Source: Candidatus Aminicenantes bacterium
GTDB lineage: Bacteria; Acidobacteriota; Aminicenantia; Aminicenantales; CAVYOD01
Assembly: GCA_963770045.1 (NCBI GenBank)
Contig: CAVYOD010000023.1
Location: forward strand, 115,916-139,915
Direction of reading: 5' to 3'
DNA: 24,000 bases
Shown: in pieces, positions 8,157 through 18,004 of the stretch
Layout of the letters: the number at the start of each line of letters is the position of its first letter
How positions within the stretch are numbered: position 1 is the first letter of the stretch
Notes under the pieces: generated by a model
The model's database searches: none
What the model saw: only the letters and a program-made list of their open reading frames with translations
Told to the model about the DNA's origin: nothing
Translations under genes and position numbers: made by a program

Positions 8157-9223
8157 GCCTTTTCGCCTTTCTTCGGCGACAATACTCCAAAACGAACTCT
8201 TCCAGAAGCGTTTTGACCGAAACATCGGATGTTTTCATGTTGAGGTCGATCATCTGCAGCTCCTGGAAGGCCCATTTCAAATCTTCCCCGGAGGTTCTTT
8301 CGATCAATGAGAAAAAATCGTTGAATTTTCGGCTGTAGAGGTCCGCATAATTCTCAGAGATCTGAGGCTTCAGTTCCCGAAAAATTTGTTTTTTGTCCTT
8401 GACCTTCTCCTTCAGGGACAACTTGGCAATATAAATATCCCTGAACATACGGAAGACATTTCCCAGGATGTTCTCCGGCTTCGTGCCCTCCTCGAAAAGA
8501 TTGTTCAGCACCCTGAGGGAGCCGGCCGGGTCCCCTCTCTCCAGGTTGTCCGTCAACTCCCAATCTAGATAGGATTTGTCCCAGGCTGAAACCTGGCTGA
8601 CATCGTCCACCTCGATCAATTTTTTTTCTCCGACGTAGAGGGTCAGCTTCTCCAGCTCGTTGTCCAGCCTTTGAAGGTCATTTCCGACGAGGTCGACGAG
8701 CTCATCCCTGGCTTCCTGGCTGATCTTCTTCCCCGACGAATAGAGCCTGGCGTCAATCCAGGCGGACAGATTGTTCCCCCGGAGCGATCTGATCTCTTTG
8801 ACGGTCACGATGGATTCTGGGAATGAGGAGAAGAACCTCACCAGAGGGTGGCTCTTCCTGGTCTTCTCGGGAAGCACGATGATGATCACCGTCCGGGGAG
8901 AGGGAGAGGAAAAATAGTCCTTGAGAAGCTTGCTCTCGGTGGCGGAAAGGCTGCCTTTTTCTCCGTCCCCGACTTGCACCCGGATAACTCGCCAGGGAGA
9001 AAAGAAGAAGGGGACGGTCCTGGCTAGGTCGACGATGTCCATCCAGCTGGAATCCCCGAGGATGAATCTCTCGTAGTTGAAGTGCTCGCCCTCCGGCGGG
9101 ACCAAGGCATCCCTCAGCTGCCGGGTGAACTGCTCCGCGAGGTAGGTCTCCTCTCCATAGAAAGAAATAGGCTGCGGAAAGCGTCTCTTCGTTGACTTCT
9201 CGATTCAGGAGGGAATTCCGCAC
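8134..9223 (-). CDS. holA: DNA polymerase III delta subunit (HolA); reading frame as given is interrupted near 9160
   Basis: The track ORF 8134..9105 (TTG start) has a HolA-like body and sits in the leuS-lptE-holA order known from E. coli. In that frame the conserved N-terminus continues upstream (PISFYGEETYLAEQFTRQLRDAL) to a TGA at 9207..9205, with no ATG, GTG or TTG. A GTG at 9223..9221, 10 nt after GGAGGGG (9240..9234), opens the neighbouring frame: MRNSLLNREVNEETLSAAYFF. This joins to YGEETYL if base 9160 is skipped, giving LSAAYFFYGEETYL. Compare E. coli LRAAYLLLGNDPLLL, recalled from memory. Confidence 0.8.
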
Positions 9224-9227
9224 CGGG

Positions 9228-9743
9228 CTAAAACCCCTCCAGGATGTTGACGACCAGGCTGCGGGCGAATTTCTCGGCCACCTTGTCGATGGCCAGCGTT
9301 TCGACGGATTCAAAGTCGGTGCCCTGGGGCACTTCATACTCCTCGGTGTAATTGAACGAGGGGTTGGAAAAAAGGACTTTCTGGCTCACCAGGTCTCGGA
9401 GCACGATCTTGGCGACAATGACGATGTTGTAGCGGTCGGCCGAGCCGCTGCCGGAAAAGGCAATCGGGTTGACATTGAAGGAGATGATGTCGCCGATGAG
9501 CACGGCGTCGGCTCCGCCGGCATCGGCGCTGACCTCCAGTCTCGCCCGGGCCACCAGTTCATTGGTCACGTTTTGGGTCAGCTTGAGGTCCAACTCGTAG
9601 CGGGTCGTTTCGTTCTTAAACATCGGAATGCTGATCTTCTTGATGTGGGTCGGAAGAAAGCTCCCCGTCCCCCGAAGGTGATAGCCGCACTGGATCAGCA
9701 GAGCGCAGGCGAAAAAAAGCCACGGGATCTTTTTCATGGTCAT
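9228..9743 (-). CDS. lptE: LPS-assembly lipoprotein LptE
   Basis: 171 aa. Signal peptide plus lipobox followed by the LptE signature: LLIQCGYHLRG (E. coli has GCGWHLRD). Located between leuS and holA. Confidence 0.85.
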   Translation of the reverse strand: MTMKKIPWLFFACALLIQCGYHLRGTGSFLPTHIKKISIPMFKNETTRYELDLKLTQNVTNELVARARLEVSADAGGADAVLIGDIISFNVNPIAFSGSGSADRYNIVIVAKIVLRDLVSQKVLFSNPSFNYTEEYEVPQGTDFESVETLAIDKVAEKFARSLVVNILEGF

Positions 9744-9751
9744 TCCAAGGT

Positions 9752-12250
9752 TCAGACGACTATATTGACAAGCTTATCCTTAACGCAAATCACTTTTCTG
9801 ATCGGTTTGCCGGCCAGAATGGCCTGAATGCGAGCCAGGCGGAGGGCCTCTTCTTTCAGCCTTTCTTCGGTCGCACCGGCCTCGATTTCAAATTTATCGC
9901 GCAGCTTTCCGTTGACCTGGACGACGACAGTCAGTATTTCCTCGCGGGCCAATTCCGGGTTATAGGACGGCCAGGGGGCGCGGGCGAGGAGCTCATGGTG
10001 TCCCATCAGCTCCCAGATCTCTTCGGTGATGTGGGGCGCAAAGGGGGAGAGAAGCATGATCATCTGTTCCACGGCTTCCCGCAGGAGGGCTTTCCCTTCA
10101 GGGGACATCCTCAGGACTTCTCTGTCTTTCTTGATTTGGTTGTAGAGTTCCATGATCGCGCTGATAGCCGTATTCAAATGGAACCTGTTTTCAATGTCTT
10201 CACTGACCTTCTTGATAGTCTGATGAATCTTCTTGAGCAGCTTCTTGGCGCTTTCCCCTTCCGCTTCCGCCTTGGCCAACGGTCGGGCCGGTCCTTCGTA
10301 GAGGTCCTTGTTTTCCTGAAAAAGATTCCAGATTCGGGCCAAGAACCGGTAACAACCCTCGATTCCCTCCTCGTCCCAGGCGAATTCTTTCTCGGGAGGA
10401 GAGGCAAAGAGGATAAAGACGCGCAGAGCGTCGGCTCCGTATTCCTGGACGATCTCGTCGGGGTCGACCACGTTCCCCTTCGACTTGGACATGGCCGCGC
10501 CGTCTTTGGTCACCATGCCTTGAGCCAGGTAATGAGGGAACGGTTCATCGATCTTGGCCAGCCCCAAGTCGCGCAGGACTTTGGTAAAAAACCGGGCATA
10601 AATCAGGTGCAGGATCGCGTGTTCTACCCCGCCGATGTAGAGGTCTATAGGAAGCCAATAGTCGGCGGCTTCCGGATCGAAGGGGAAGCGACTTTCGCCG
10701 GGCGAACAGTAGCGGAAGTAATACCATGAGGAATCCACGAAAGTGTCCATGGTGTCTGTTTCCCGGCGGGCTTCTCCACCGCACTTTGGACAGGTCGTTT
10801 TGACAAAGCTCTCCAGCTTTTCCAGGGGAGATCCCTCCTCCCCGGTGAATTTCACCTCGAAGGGGATCCTGACCGGCAGGTCCTCATAGGGCACACCGAC
10901 GGTCCCGCACCTCTGGCAATAGATGATCGGGATGGGGGTTCCCCAATAGCGCTGACGGGAAATCCCCCAGTCTCGAAGGCGGAAGGTCGTGCTCTCCCGG
11001 CCGAAGCCTTTTCTTTCCGCGTAAAGGTTCATGCTTTCAATGGCCTCGGAGGAGCGCAATCCAGAGTAAGGACCTGAGTCACGGAGAACTCCGTAAGCTT
11101 CAAAGGCTTCGCCCGGTTTCGGCTTGGGATCCAGGTCGTTTTCTGGGAAGATGACGGGTTTGATGGGTATCCCATATTTGAGGGCGAATTCATAATCCCT
11201 TTGGTCGTGAGCGGGAACGGCCATGATGGCGCCCGTCCCGTATTCCATCAAGACATAATTGGCGATCCAGATGGGAATCTCCTCCCCGGAGAATGGGTTG
11301 AGAGCCTTTTTGCCGGTATCAATCCCCTCTTTCTCTTCTTCGCCCTCTTGTCTGGACCGGGCCCCTGCGCCCGCCCGGGATATCCACTCGTGGAGCTTCT
11401 CTCGGCCGGCCGGCTCGGTCACCAGCTCGTGGGCCAGGGGATGCTCGGGCGACAGGACGACGAAGGTCGCCCCGTAAACGGTATCAACCCGGGTCGTAAA
11501 AACCTCGATGGCCAAACCCTTCCCCGAGACCGGAAAGGACACCAGACTGCCGGTGCTTTTCCCGATCCAGTTCTTCTGCATCAGCAGGACATGCTCGGGC
11601 CACTTCCGGAGCAGGTCGTGACCGGTCAGGAGCTCATCGGCATAGTCGGTGATCTTCAGGAACCACTGCTCCATTTTCTTCGGGACCACAACATCATCAC
11701 AGCGCCAGCACTGACCGCTCGTCACCTGCTCGTTGGCCAGGACGGTCCGGCACTGGGGACACCAGTTGACCCAGCTCTTTTTGCGGAAGGCCAGGCCTCG
11801 GTCAAACATCTTCAAGAAGATCCACTGGTTCCATTTATAATACTCAGGTAGGCAGCTGTTCACTTCCCTGGACCAGTCGTAGCTCAGGCCCAGCCGCTTC
11901 ATCTGCTCCCGCATGTGGGCGATGTTGTCCATGGTCCATTTCTGAGGATGGATGCCGTGACGGATGGCGGCGTTCTCGGCCGGCATTCCCAGGGCATCCC
12001 AACCGATAGGGTGGATGACGTTGAACCCCTTCCTGATCCTATAGCGGGAGATGACGTCGCCGATGGAGTAGTTGCGGACATGGCCCATATGGATGTGCCC
12101 GGAGGGATAGGGATACATTTCCAGGCAATAGTATTTGACCTTCTGGGGGTCTTCGCAGACCTCGAAGACCCTCTCCTCGTCCCAGATTTTCTGCCACTTT
12201 TCCTCGATCCGGCGAAAATCGTAAGCTTCTTTGAACTCTCGGTTGGTCAT
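9752..12250 (-). CDS. leuS: Leucine--tRNA ligase
   Basis: 832 aa. HIGH motif (SGHIHMGHVRNY), KMSKS motif (MSKSKGN), a CP1 editing insertion, and the zinc-type C..C pairs typical of bacterial LeuRS. Confidence 0.97.
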   Translation of the reverse strand: MTNREFKEAYDFRRIEEKWQKIWDEERVFEVCEDPQKVKYYCLEMYPYPSGHIHMGHVRNYSIGDVISRYRIRKGFNVIHPIGWDALGMPAENAAIRHGIHPQKWTMDNIAHMREQMKRLGLSYDWSREVNSCLPEYYKWNQWIFLKMFDRGLAFRKKSWVNWCPQCRTVLANEQVTSGQCWRCDDVVVPKKMEQWFLKITDYADELLTGHDLLRKWPEHVLLMQKNWIGKSTGSLVSFPVSGKGLAIEVFTTRVDTVYGATFVVLSPEHPLAHELVTEPAGREKLHEWISRAGAGARSRQEGEEEKEGIDTGKKALNPFSGEEIPIWIANYVLMEYGTGAIMAVPAHDQRDYEFALKYGIPIKPVIFPENDLDPKPKPGEAFEAYGVLRDSGPYSGLRSSEAIESMNLYAERKGFGRESTTFRLRDWGISRQRYWGTPIPIIYCQRCGTVGVPYEDLPVRIPFEVKFTGEEGSPLEKLESFVKTTCPKCGGEARRETDTMDTFVDSSWYYFRYCSPGESRFPFDPEAADYWLPIDLYIGGVEHAILHLIYARFFTKVLRDLGLAKIDEPFPHYLAQGMVTKDGAAMSKSKGNVVDPDEIVQEYGADALRVFILFASPPEKEFAWDEEGIEGCYRFLARIWNLFQENKDLYEGPARPLAKAEAEGESAKKLLKKIHQTIKKVSEDIENRFHLNTAISAIMELYNQIKKDREVLRMSPEGKALLREAVEQMIMLLSPFAPHITEEIWELMGHHELLARAPWPSYNPELAREEILTVVVQVNGKLRDKFEIEAGATEERLKEEALRLARIQAILAGKPIRKVICVKDKLVNIVV

Positions 12251-12288
12251 GGCTTTTTATTGATTTGAGTCCGGAAGATCAGAAATTC

Positions 12289-12317
12289 ATCTTAGATTCA
12301 TTGAGTGGAAAAGTCAA
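12289..12317 (-). promoter_or_regulatory. Putative sigma70-type promoter for leuS
   Basis: On the minus strand: TTGACT (12317..12312), 17-nt spacer, TAAGAT (12294..12289), about 40 nt upstream of ATG 12250. Consensus matching only. Confidence 0.3.
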
Positions 12318-12340
12318 ATCTGCGGTCCTATGTGGCCTGA

Positions 12341-12530
12341 GCTCGTAGCCCGTAGCTATCAAGAATTGAAGGCATATAGCAGATTGCCGATCTCCTTTGG
12401 CATCTAATGACACTTTCCGCCTTCTTCCTTAGCTTCTGTCTCGCTCCGGTAGCTCCCACGATGTCCTTGGATATAAATTGCAGGATCCTCCTCGTTTTAC
12501 TGCTCAGATGCTCACGGCTCACTGCTCACC
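12341..12530. repeat. Intergenic heptamer-array element, copy C (leuS/ABC divergent region)
   Basis: GCTCGTA GCCCGTA at 12341..12354. Tandem ACTGCTC AGATGCTC ACGGCTC ACTGCTC ACC at 12499..12530, with 7-nt periodicity and an NNNGCTC consensus. Shares ACTGCTCAG with copy D. Confidence 0.55.
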
Positions 12531-12588
12531 ATGCATGTGATTCTGCTTGACTTTGCGGCTGTTTTGAAAAAAAATCAAAGTTCGCTCC

Positions 12589-13383
12589 GTGAAGACCATG
12601 GCCATTGTTGAAGTTGAAGACCTCAGCGCCGGGTATGGAGATGGTTTCGTCATCCATGACTTGGCCTTTTCTCTTGAAGCCGGAGAATTCGTCACCATCT
12701 TGGGAAAAAACGGTTCTGGCAAAAGCACCCTGATCAAGGCACTCCTCGGTCTCCTCAAGAATGTCGCCGGCCGGGCCGAGGTCGCGGGGCAGGATATCTC
12801 CCGCCTGAATTCCAGGCAGATCGCGAAAATTGTCGCCTATGTTCCTCAGATTTTCGATGCGACTTTTGAATTCACGGTCCAGGAGATCATCCACATGGGA
12901 AGGTATGCCCACCAGGGAAGGTTCGAGCGGCCGACTCCCGAGGATGAGCGGACGATCGAAGAGGTCATGCGCTCCGCCCGGGTCACTCCCCTCAAGGACA
13001 AGAAGATGGCCCACCTCAGTGGTGGAGAACGCCAGCGGGTCTTGATCGCTCGGGCCCTGGCTCAGGATACACCTCTGTTATTCCTGGACGAACCCAGCTC
13101 TCATCTGGATATTAGCTATCAGCTCGACGTCTACCGCCTCCTCAAGAGACTCCAGGAAGAAAAGGGCAAAACGATCCTTTGCACCGAGCACAACATCAAC
13201 CTAGCCATCCCCTTTTCGAACAGGATCATGTTTCTGAAGGATGGCCGGATCCACAGCCTGGGCCCGCCCCGGGACCTGATTACCGGAGAAAGCATCCGGG
13301 ACGTCTTCGCGGCCGATGTGGACGTAAGGGAAAATGTCCACTCCCGACTCCCGGAGATCTCGCTCATCCCCAAGACCGACTGA
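12589..13383 (+). CDS. ABC transporter ATP-binding protein, iron-siderophore/cobalamin (FecE/BtuD) class
   Basis: 264 aa. Walker A GKNGSGKST, signature LSGGERQRVLIARAL, Walker B LLFLDEPSSHLD. GTG start at 12589, with an alternative ATG at 12598. Confidence 0.9.
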   Translation: MKTMAIVEVEDLSAGYGDGFVIHDLAFSLEAGEFVTILGKNGSGKSTLIKALLGLLKNVAGRAEVAGQDISRLNSRQIAKIVAYVPQIFDATFEFTVQEIIHMGRYAHQGRFERPTPEDERTIEEVMRSARVTPLKDKKMAHLSGGERQRVLIARALAQDTPLLFLDEPSSHLDISYQLDVYRLLKRLQEEKGKTILCTEHNINLAIPFSNRIMFLKDGRIHSLGPPRDLITGESIRDVFAADVDVRENVHSRLPEISLIPKTD

Positions 13384-13384
13384 G

Positions 13385-14293
13385 ATGAAGACCAGAGCGG
13401 CCCTCTTTTTCTTTGCGCTTTCAATGCTTTCTCCTCCGGTCCAGGGCGGACAAAATCGTGCTCTCAAAGATGACCTCGGTTATTCGTTTCAGATGTCCTC
13501 CCCTCCCCAGAGGATCGTTTCTCTGGCTCCCAACATCACAGAAATTCTCTTCGCCCTTGACCTCGGAAACAAAGTTGTCGGCGTCACCCGCTTCTGCGAT
13601 TATCCTCCCCAGGCGCTCCTGAAGGAAAAGGTGGGTGGCATGGTCGACCCGAGCCTCGAAAAGATCAAATCCTTGAACCCGGATCTGATCATCGCCTTCA
13701 GGGGAAACCCGCTCAGGATGCTTACCCGGCTCAAGAGCCTGGGATTCCCGGTCTTCATCTTTGAGACGGGCTCCGACCTCGAGTCTCTGTTCCTGATGAT
13801 CGAGCGGGTGGGCCTCCTGACCCAGAAGACCACCGAAGCACACAGCCTGGTTACGGCCCTCCGGCAGAGGTCGGAGGCGATTCAAGCCGCGCTTCAGTCG
13901 GTCACCCTCCGGCCCAGGGTTTTCTTGAGCCTCCCCGGACTCGGACTTTGGACCTGCGGGAAGGAGAGCTATCTCAACGATCTCCTCCGAAAGGCCAAAG
14001 GAGAAAACGTGGCCGGAGCGATTCCCCAAAAATGGCTGCGATATAACCGGGAACAGCTCGTCCGCGACAACCCCGAGGTCATCATTGTCCTGGCCAAATC
14101 GCAGGCAGACTATCAAACCGCAAGAGCCTGGCTCTTGAAAGAAGCCGATCTCCGGGACGTGGAAGCTGTCCGCAGGGGGGAAATCCGTTTTCTGGACGAA
14201 AACCTGGCCAGCCGCTACGGCCCCCGGCTGGTCGAGGCGCTCGGCCAATTGGCCCGCCTTCTCCATCCGCGTCACTTTGGAGAGGTCCGATGA
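13385..14293 (+). CDS. Periplasmic substrate-binding protein, BtuF/FecB (class III, PF01497-like) family
   Basis: The track ORF starts at 13334 inside the ATPase gene. I place the start at ATG 13385, 1 nt after the ATPase TGA, which gives the signal peptide MKTRAALFFFALSMLSPPVQG. Family signature: RIVSLAPNITEILFALDLGNKVVGVTRFCDYP...SLNPDLIIAF. Confidence 0.85.
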   Translation: MKTRAALFFFALSMLSPPVQGGQNRALKDDLGYSFQMSSPPQRIVSLAPNITEILFALDLGNKVVGVTRFCDYPPQALLKEKVGGMVDPSLEKIKSLNPDLIIAFRGNPLRMLTRLKSLGFPVFIFETGSDLESLFLMIERVGLLTQKTTEAHSLVTALRQRSEAIQAALQSVTLRPRVFLSLPGLGLWTCGKESYLNDLLRKAKGENVAGAIPQKWLRYNREQLVRDNPEVIIVLAKSQADYQTARAWLLKEADLRDVEAVRRGEIRFLDENLASRYGPRLVEALGQLARLLHPRHFGEVR

Positions 14294-15284
14294 CCTTGGC
14301 AGGGAGGAAGCGGCTGCTCCTCGTGATTCTCCTCTTCCTATTCCTGGGCGGGCTTCTTCTCTCTCTTCTCATCAGGGCCAGTCCAAACATCAGCCCGGGA
14401 CTTGGGGAATTTTCTATTCAACCACGACAAAACCTTTTCGACCATCTTTCTCGACCTCAGGCTGTCCCGGGCTGCTCTGGCATTTCTGGTGGGAGCCAGC
14501 CTCGGCCTGGCCGGAGCGATCCTCCAGGGCTATTTTCAGAATTCGATGGCCGACCCTTTCGTTGTCGGGGTCTCTTCGGCAGCCTCATTCGGGGCCGTCC
14601 TTTGTCTGAACCTTGGTTTGAATGTTTCCCTGCTCGGGTTTTCCGGCCAGAGTTTTTTTGCCTTCGCGTCCGGCTTCGCTATCGTTTACCTTGTCTATCT
14701 CCTGTCCCAGAAAAAGGGCGTTTTTAAGGTCGAGACGCTGCTCTTGACAGGAATCGCCGCCGGCGCACTTGACCTCTTCTTTGACCACCTTTCTCTTGTT
14801 CCTGAGGTCCGATTCTTACGAACAGGCCGTTTTTTGGCTCTTGGGGAGCTTCTCGCTGGCCGAGTGGAAACAGGTGGGCATGGTCGGCCTTTATTTCTGT
14901 ATCTCGCTGGCCCTTGCCCAGGGCCTGGCCAAAGACATGAATTTGCTTGTTTTAGGAGACGAGATAGCTCAGTCCCTCGGCTGCCCCGTGAGACGGGTGC
15001 GAAAAATCTTCTTGGTAGTCTCCACGTTGCTCGCCGCCGCCTCTGTCTCTGTCAGCGGGATCATCGGCTTTGTCGGCCTGGTCGTGCCTCACTGGATCAG
15101 GATCCTGATCGGACCCGACCATAGGCGGCTCTTCCTCTATTCCGCCTTGGCCGGAGGCGTCTTTCTCGTCTATTCCGACCTTTTGGCGCGGGTAGTCTTG
15201 TTTCCTACCGAACTCCCCATTGGAATTATCACAGCAGCCGTTGGCGCGCCTTTCTTTATTTACCTGCTCAATCAGCGCCGCTAG
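14290..15284 (+). pseudogene. FecCD/BtuC-family ABC permease split over three reading frames (two +1 breaks)
   Basis: Three track ORFs together make one permease. 14290..14727 supplies the N-terminus (MTLAGRKRLLLVILLFLFLGGLLLSLLIRASPNISPG). 14402..15124 supplies the middle (IFLDLRLSRAALAFLVGASLGLAGAILQGYFQNSMADPFVVGVSS...LLLTGIAAGAL). 14769..15284 supplies the C-terminus (FWLLGSF...GFVGLVVPHWIRILIGPDHRRL...ELPIGIITAAVGAPFFIYLL). The breaks lie near 14404..14407 (GGGG run) and 14768..14771. ATGA overlap with the binding-protein stop. Confidence 0.85.
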
Positions 15285-15331
15285 GGGCTGGTTGCGCCGT
15301 CCCTTCCCTAATGCTAGAATGAAAAAAAACC

Positions 15332-15913
15332 ATGGTCTTTTTCTTCGTCAAAGATACGCGGCACAAGTACAGATGGTTCTCCTCGGAGCCGCTGGAAGAA
15401 ATCCAGGTCAAGTTCTCCCGCTGGAGAAAAATCTGGGAGCTGGCGAAGAACAAACTGATTCTGCTTCCCAAGAGGTCCCTGAGCCAGGAACAGGCCTTTG
15501 ACCAGGCGACCAGACTGGCCGGAGAGGACAGGGTCAGGATCTGTCACTCCAGCCGGACGACAGAAAAGAAAGCAAAAACCAGGTTGTTCTTTTTTCTTCA
15601 AAAACAACGGACAAGCCACATCCTTCTTCTTGTCGGCGAAACGCTTCTTCTCCCGCTGGCCGGACTGGCCACGCTCATTCCCGGACCGAACATCTTTTTC
15701 GGGGCTCTGGCTCTGGTCATGATCACCCACTGGCGGGCCCTGCGGGGCATCAACCGTTTGCTGGCCAGAGAATACGAATTCATCGGCTGCCCTCTCCTCG
15801 CGGAATGGGAAGGCGCCGTAGATTCCAGGGCAGAGACGGAATTTCATCTTCTCCTTGGGCGAATAGAACAAGAGTATGGCCTCCAGGGCCTCCACAAGAT
15901 CCTGGCGAAATAA
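15332..15913 (+). CDS. Hypothetical membrane protein (two predicted TM helices)
   Basis: 193-aa ORF with protein-like composition and a hydrophobic hairpin ILLLVGETLLLPLAGLATLIPGPNIFFGALALVMITHW. No family recognised. The overlapping antisense ORF 15314..15895 has R/G/P-rich junk composition. Confidence 0.5.
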   Translation: MVFFFVKDTRHKYRWFSSEPLEEIQVKFSRWRKIWELAKNKLILLPKRSLSQEQAFDQATRLAGEDRVRICHSSRTTEKKAKTRLFFFLQKQRTSHILLLVGETLLLPLAGLATLIPGPNIFFGALALVMITHWRALRGINRLLAREYEFIGCPLLAEWEGAVDSRAETEFHLLLGRIEQEYGLQGLHKILAK

Positions 15914-15922
15914 ATCGCCGGT

Positions 15923-15951
15923 TTGACAAAGCGGCGCTTTTGTTTTATTTT
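15923..15951 (+). promoter_or_regulatory. Putative promoter upstream of the DUF948-like gene
   Basis: TTGACA (15923..15928), 17-nt spacer, TATTTT (15946..15951). It ends only 9 nt before ATG 15961, so the transcript would be leaderless or nearly so. Consensus matching only. Confidence 0.25.
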
Positions 15952-15960
15952 TAAATCATA

Positions 15961-16333
15961 ATGCTGCTAACCCTAAATCAGATTTTGTGGATTATCCTTA
16001 CCCTGGCGGTCGTTGTGGCCGTCATCTTCCTGGTCCTTCTTCTCATCCAGCTTCGCAAGACGGCTCGGGAGGGAGAACAGACCCTGATCGAAGTGAGAGA
16101 ACTGGTTAAGGATCTCCGAGAGACAGAGCATAAGATCGACGCCAGCGTCACGGAAATTGGAGAGATCATCCGGGTTTCCAGAAGACACCATCAGCGGTCT
16201 CTCAGCCATAACCGGCTACGTGACCACCGGTCTCATGCGCTCGACATTGAAAGCCTGGGCTTTCGCTCTCCCGGCGCTCCGCTGGAGTTGGCAGCGGCTG
16301 AAAAAAAGAAAGGAGAAGCAAAATGGGAGATAA
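15961..16333 (+). CDS. DUF948-like small membrane protein; frame as given breaks near 16171
   Basis: The N-terminal TM helix plus helical region (MLLTLNQILWIILTLAVVVAVIFLVLLLIQLRKTAREGEQTLIEVRELVKDLRETEHKIDASVTEIGEII) resembles DUF948 proteins. After about 16171 the track frame turns R/H/S-rich (RVSRRHHQRSLSHNRLRDHRSH). The +1 frame instead reads GFPEDTISGLSAITGYVTTGLMRSTLKAWAFALPALRWSWQRLKKRKEKQNGR and stops at TAA 16331..16333, overlapping the next gene's start. Confidence 0.5.
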
Positions 16334-16652
16334 CGGCAAATGTTCGAGCTTTCTGGAGGACACGTTGATCTTTGTCGCCGGAGCCGTGACGGGTTTCGTC
16401 CTCGGCATCCTCTTCGCCCCGGCGAGTGGAAAGGAAACCAGGGCCAAGATCAAAGACCAGGCCGTCAAGACGAGTGAGATGGCCAAAGAGAGCTATGAGA
16501 AGATCGCCAAAGAAGCCGAAAAGGGAATCAAGATCGTCAAGGAAAAAACCACCGAAGGAATCGACGCGATCAAGGAATTCATAGAAAAGAAACGGGAAGA
16601 CCTCTTGAAAAAAACTTCTGAATCGCCCCAGGGGGAGCGATCCGGCGAATAA
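16323..16652 (+). CDS. YtxH-like protein
   Basis: 109 aa with the YtxH signature: TM segment plus GILFAPASGKETRAKIKD, followed by a K/E-rich helix. Confidence 0.75.
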   Translation: MGDNGKCSSFLEDTLIFVAGAVTGFVLGILFAPASGKETRAKIKDQAVKTSEMAKESYEKIAKEAEKGIKIVKEKTTEGIDAIKEFIEKKREDLLKKTSESPQGERSGE

Positions 16653-16691
16653 CAAGTCCTCAGCGTTCAAAATAACCCTATCCTTGGTTAG

Positions 16692-17996
<1,305 letters not shown>

Positions 17997-18004
17997 AGGG
18001 AAAG

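Noticed and set aside
9150-9170. Programmed +1 ribosomal frameshifting (prfB-like) as the explanation for the frame breaks
   Set aside because: Only the holA site (TTT C TA) offers plausible tRNA re-pairing. None of the five sites has an in-frame stop or an upstream internal SD at the right distance, and the contexts differ from one another. Sequence error or genuine mutation is more parsimonious. The idea is kept only as a low-probability alternative.
12251-12588. Possible cobalamin riboswitch upstream of the BtuFCD-like importer
   Set aside because: I looked on the + strand for the B12-box core (GCCACTG-type) and the conserved GGTG/AATCC segments and found none. The spacer is instead occupied by heptamer repeats. 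A covariance-model scan would be the decisive test.
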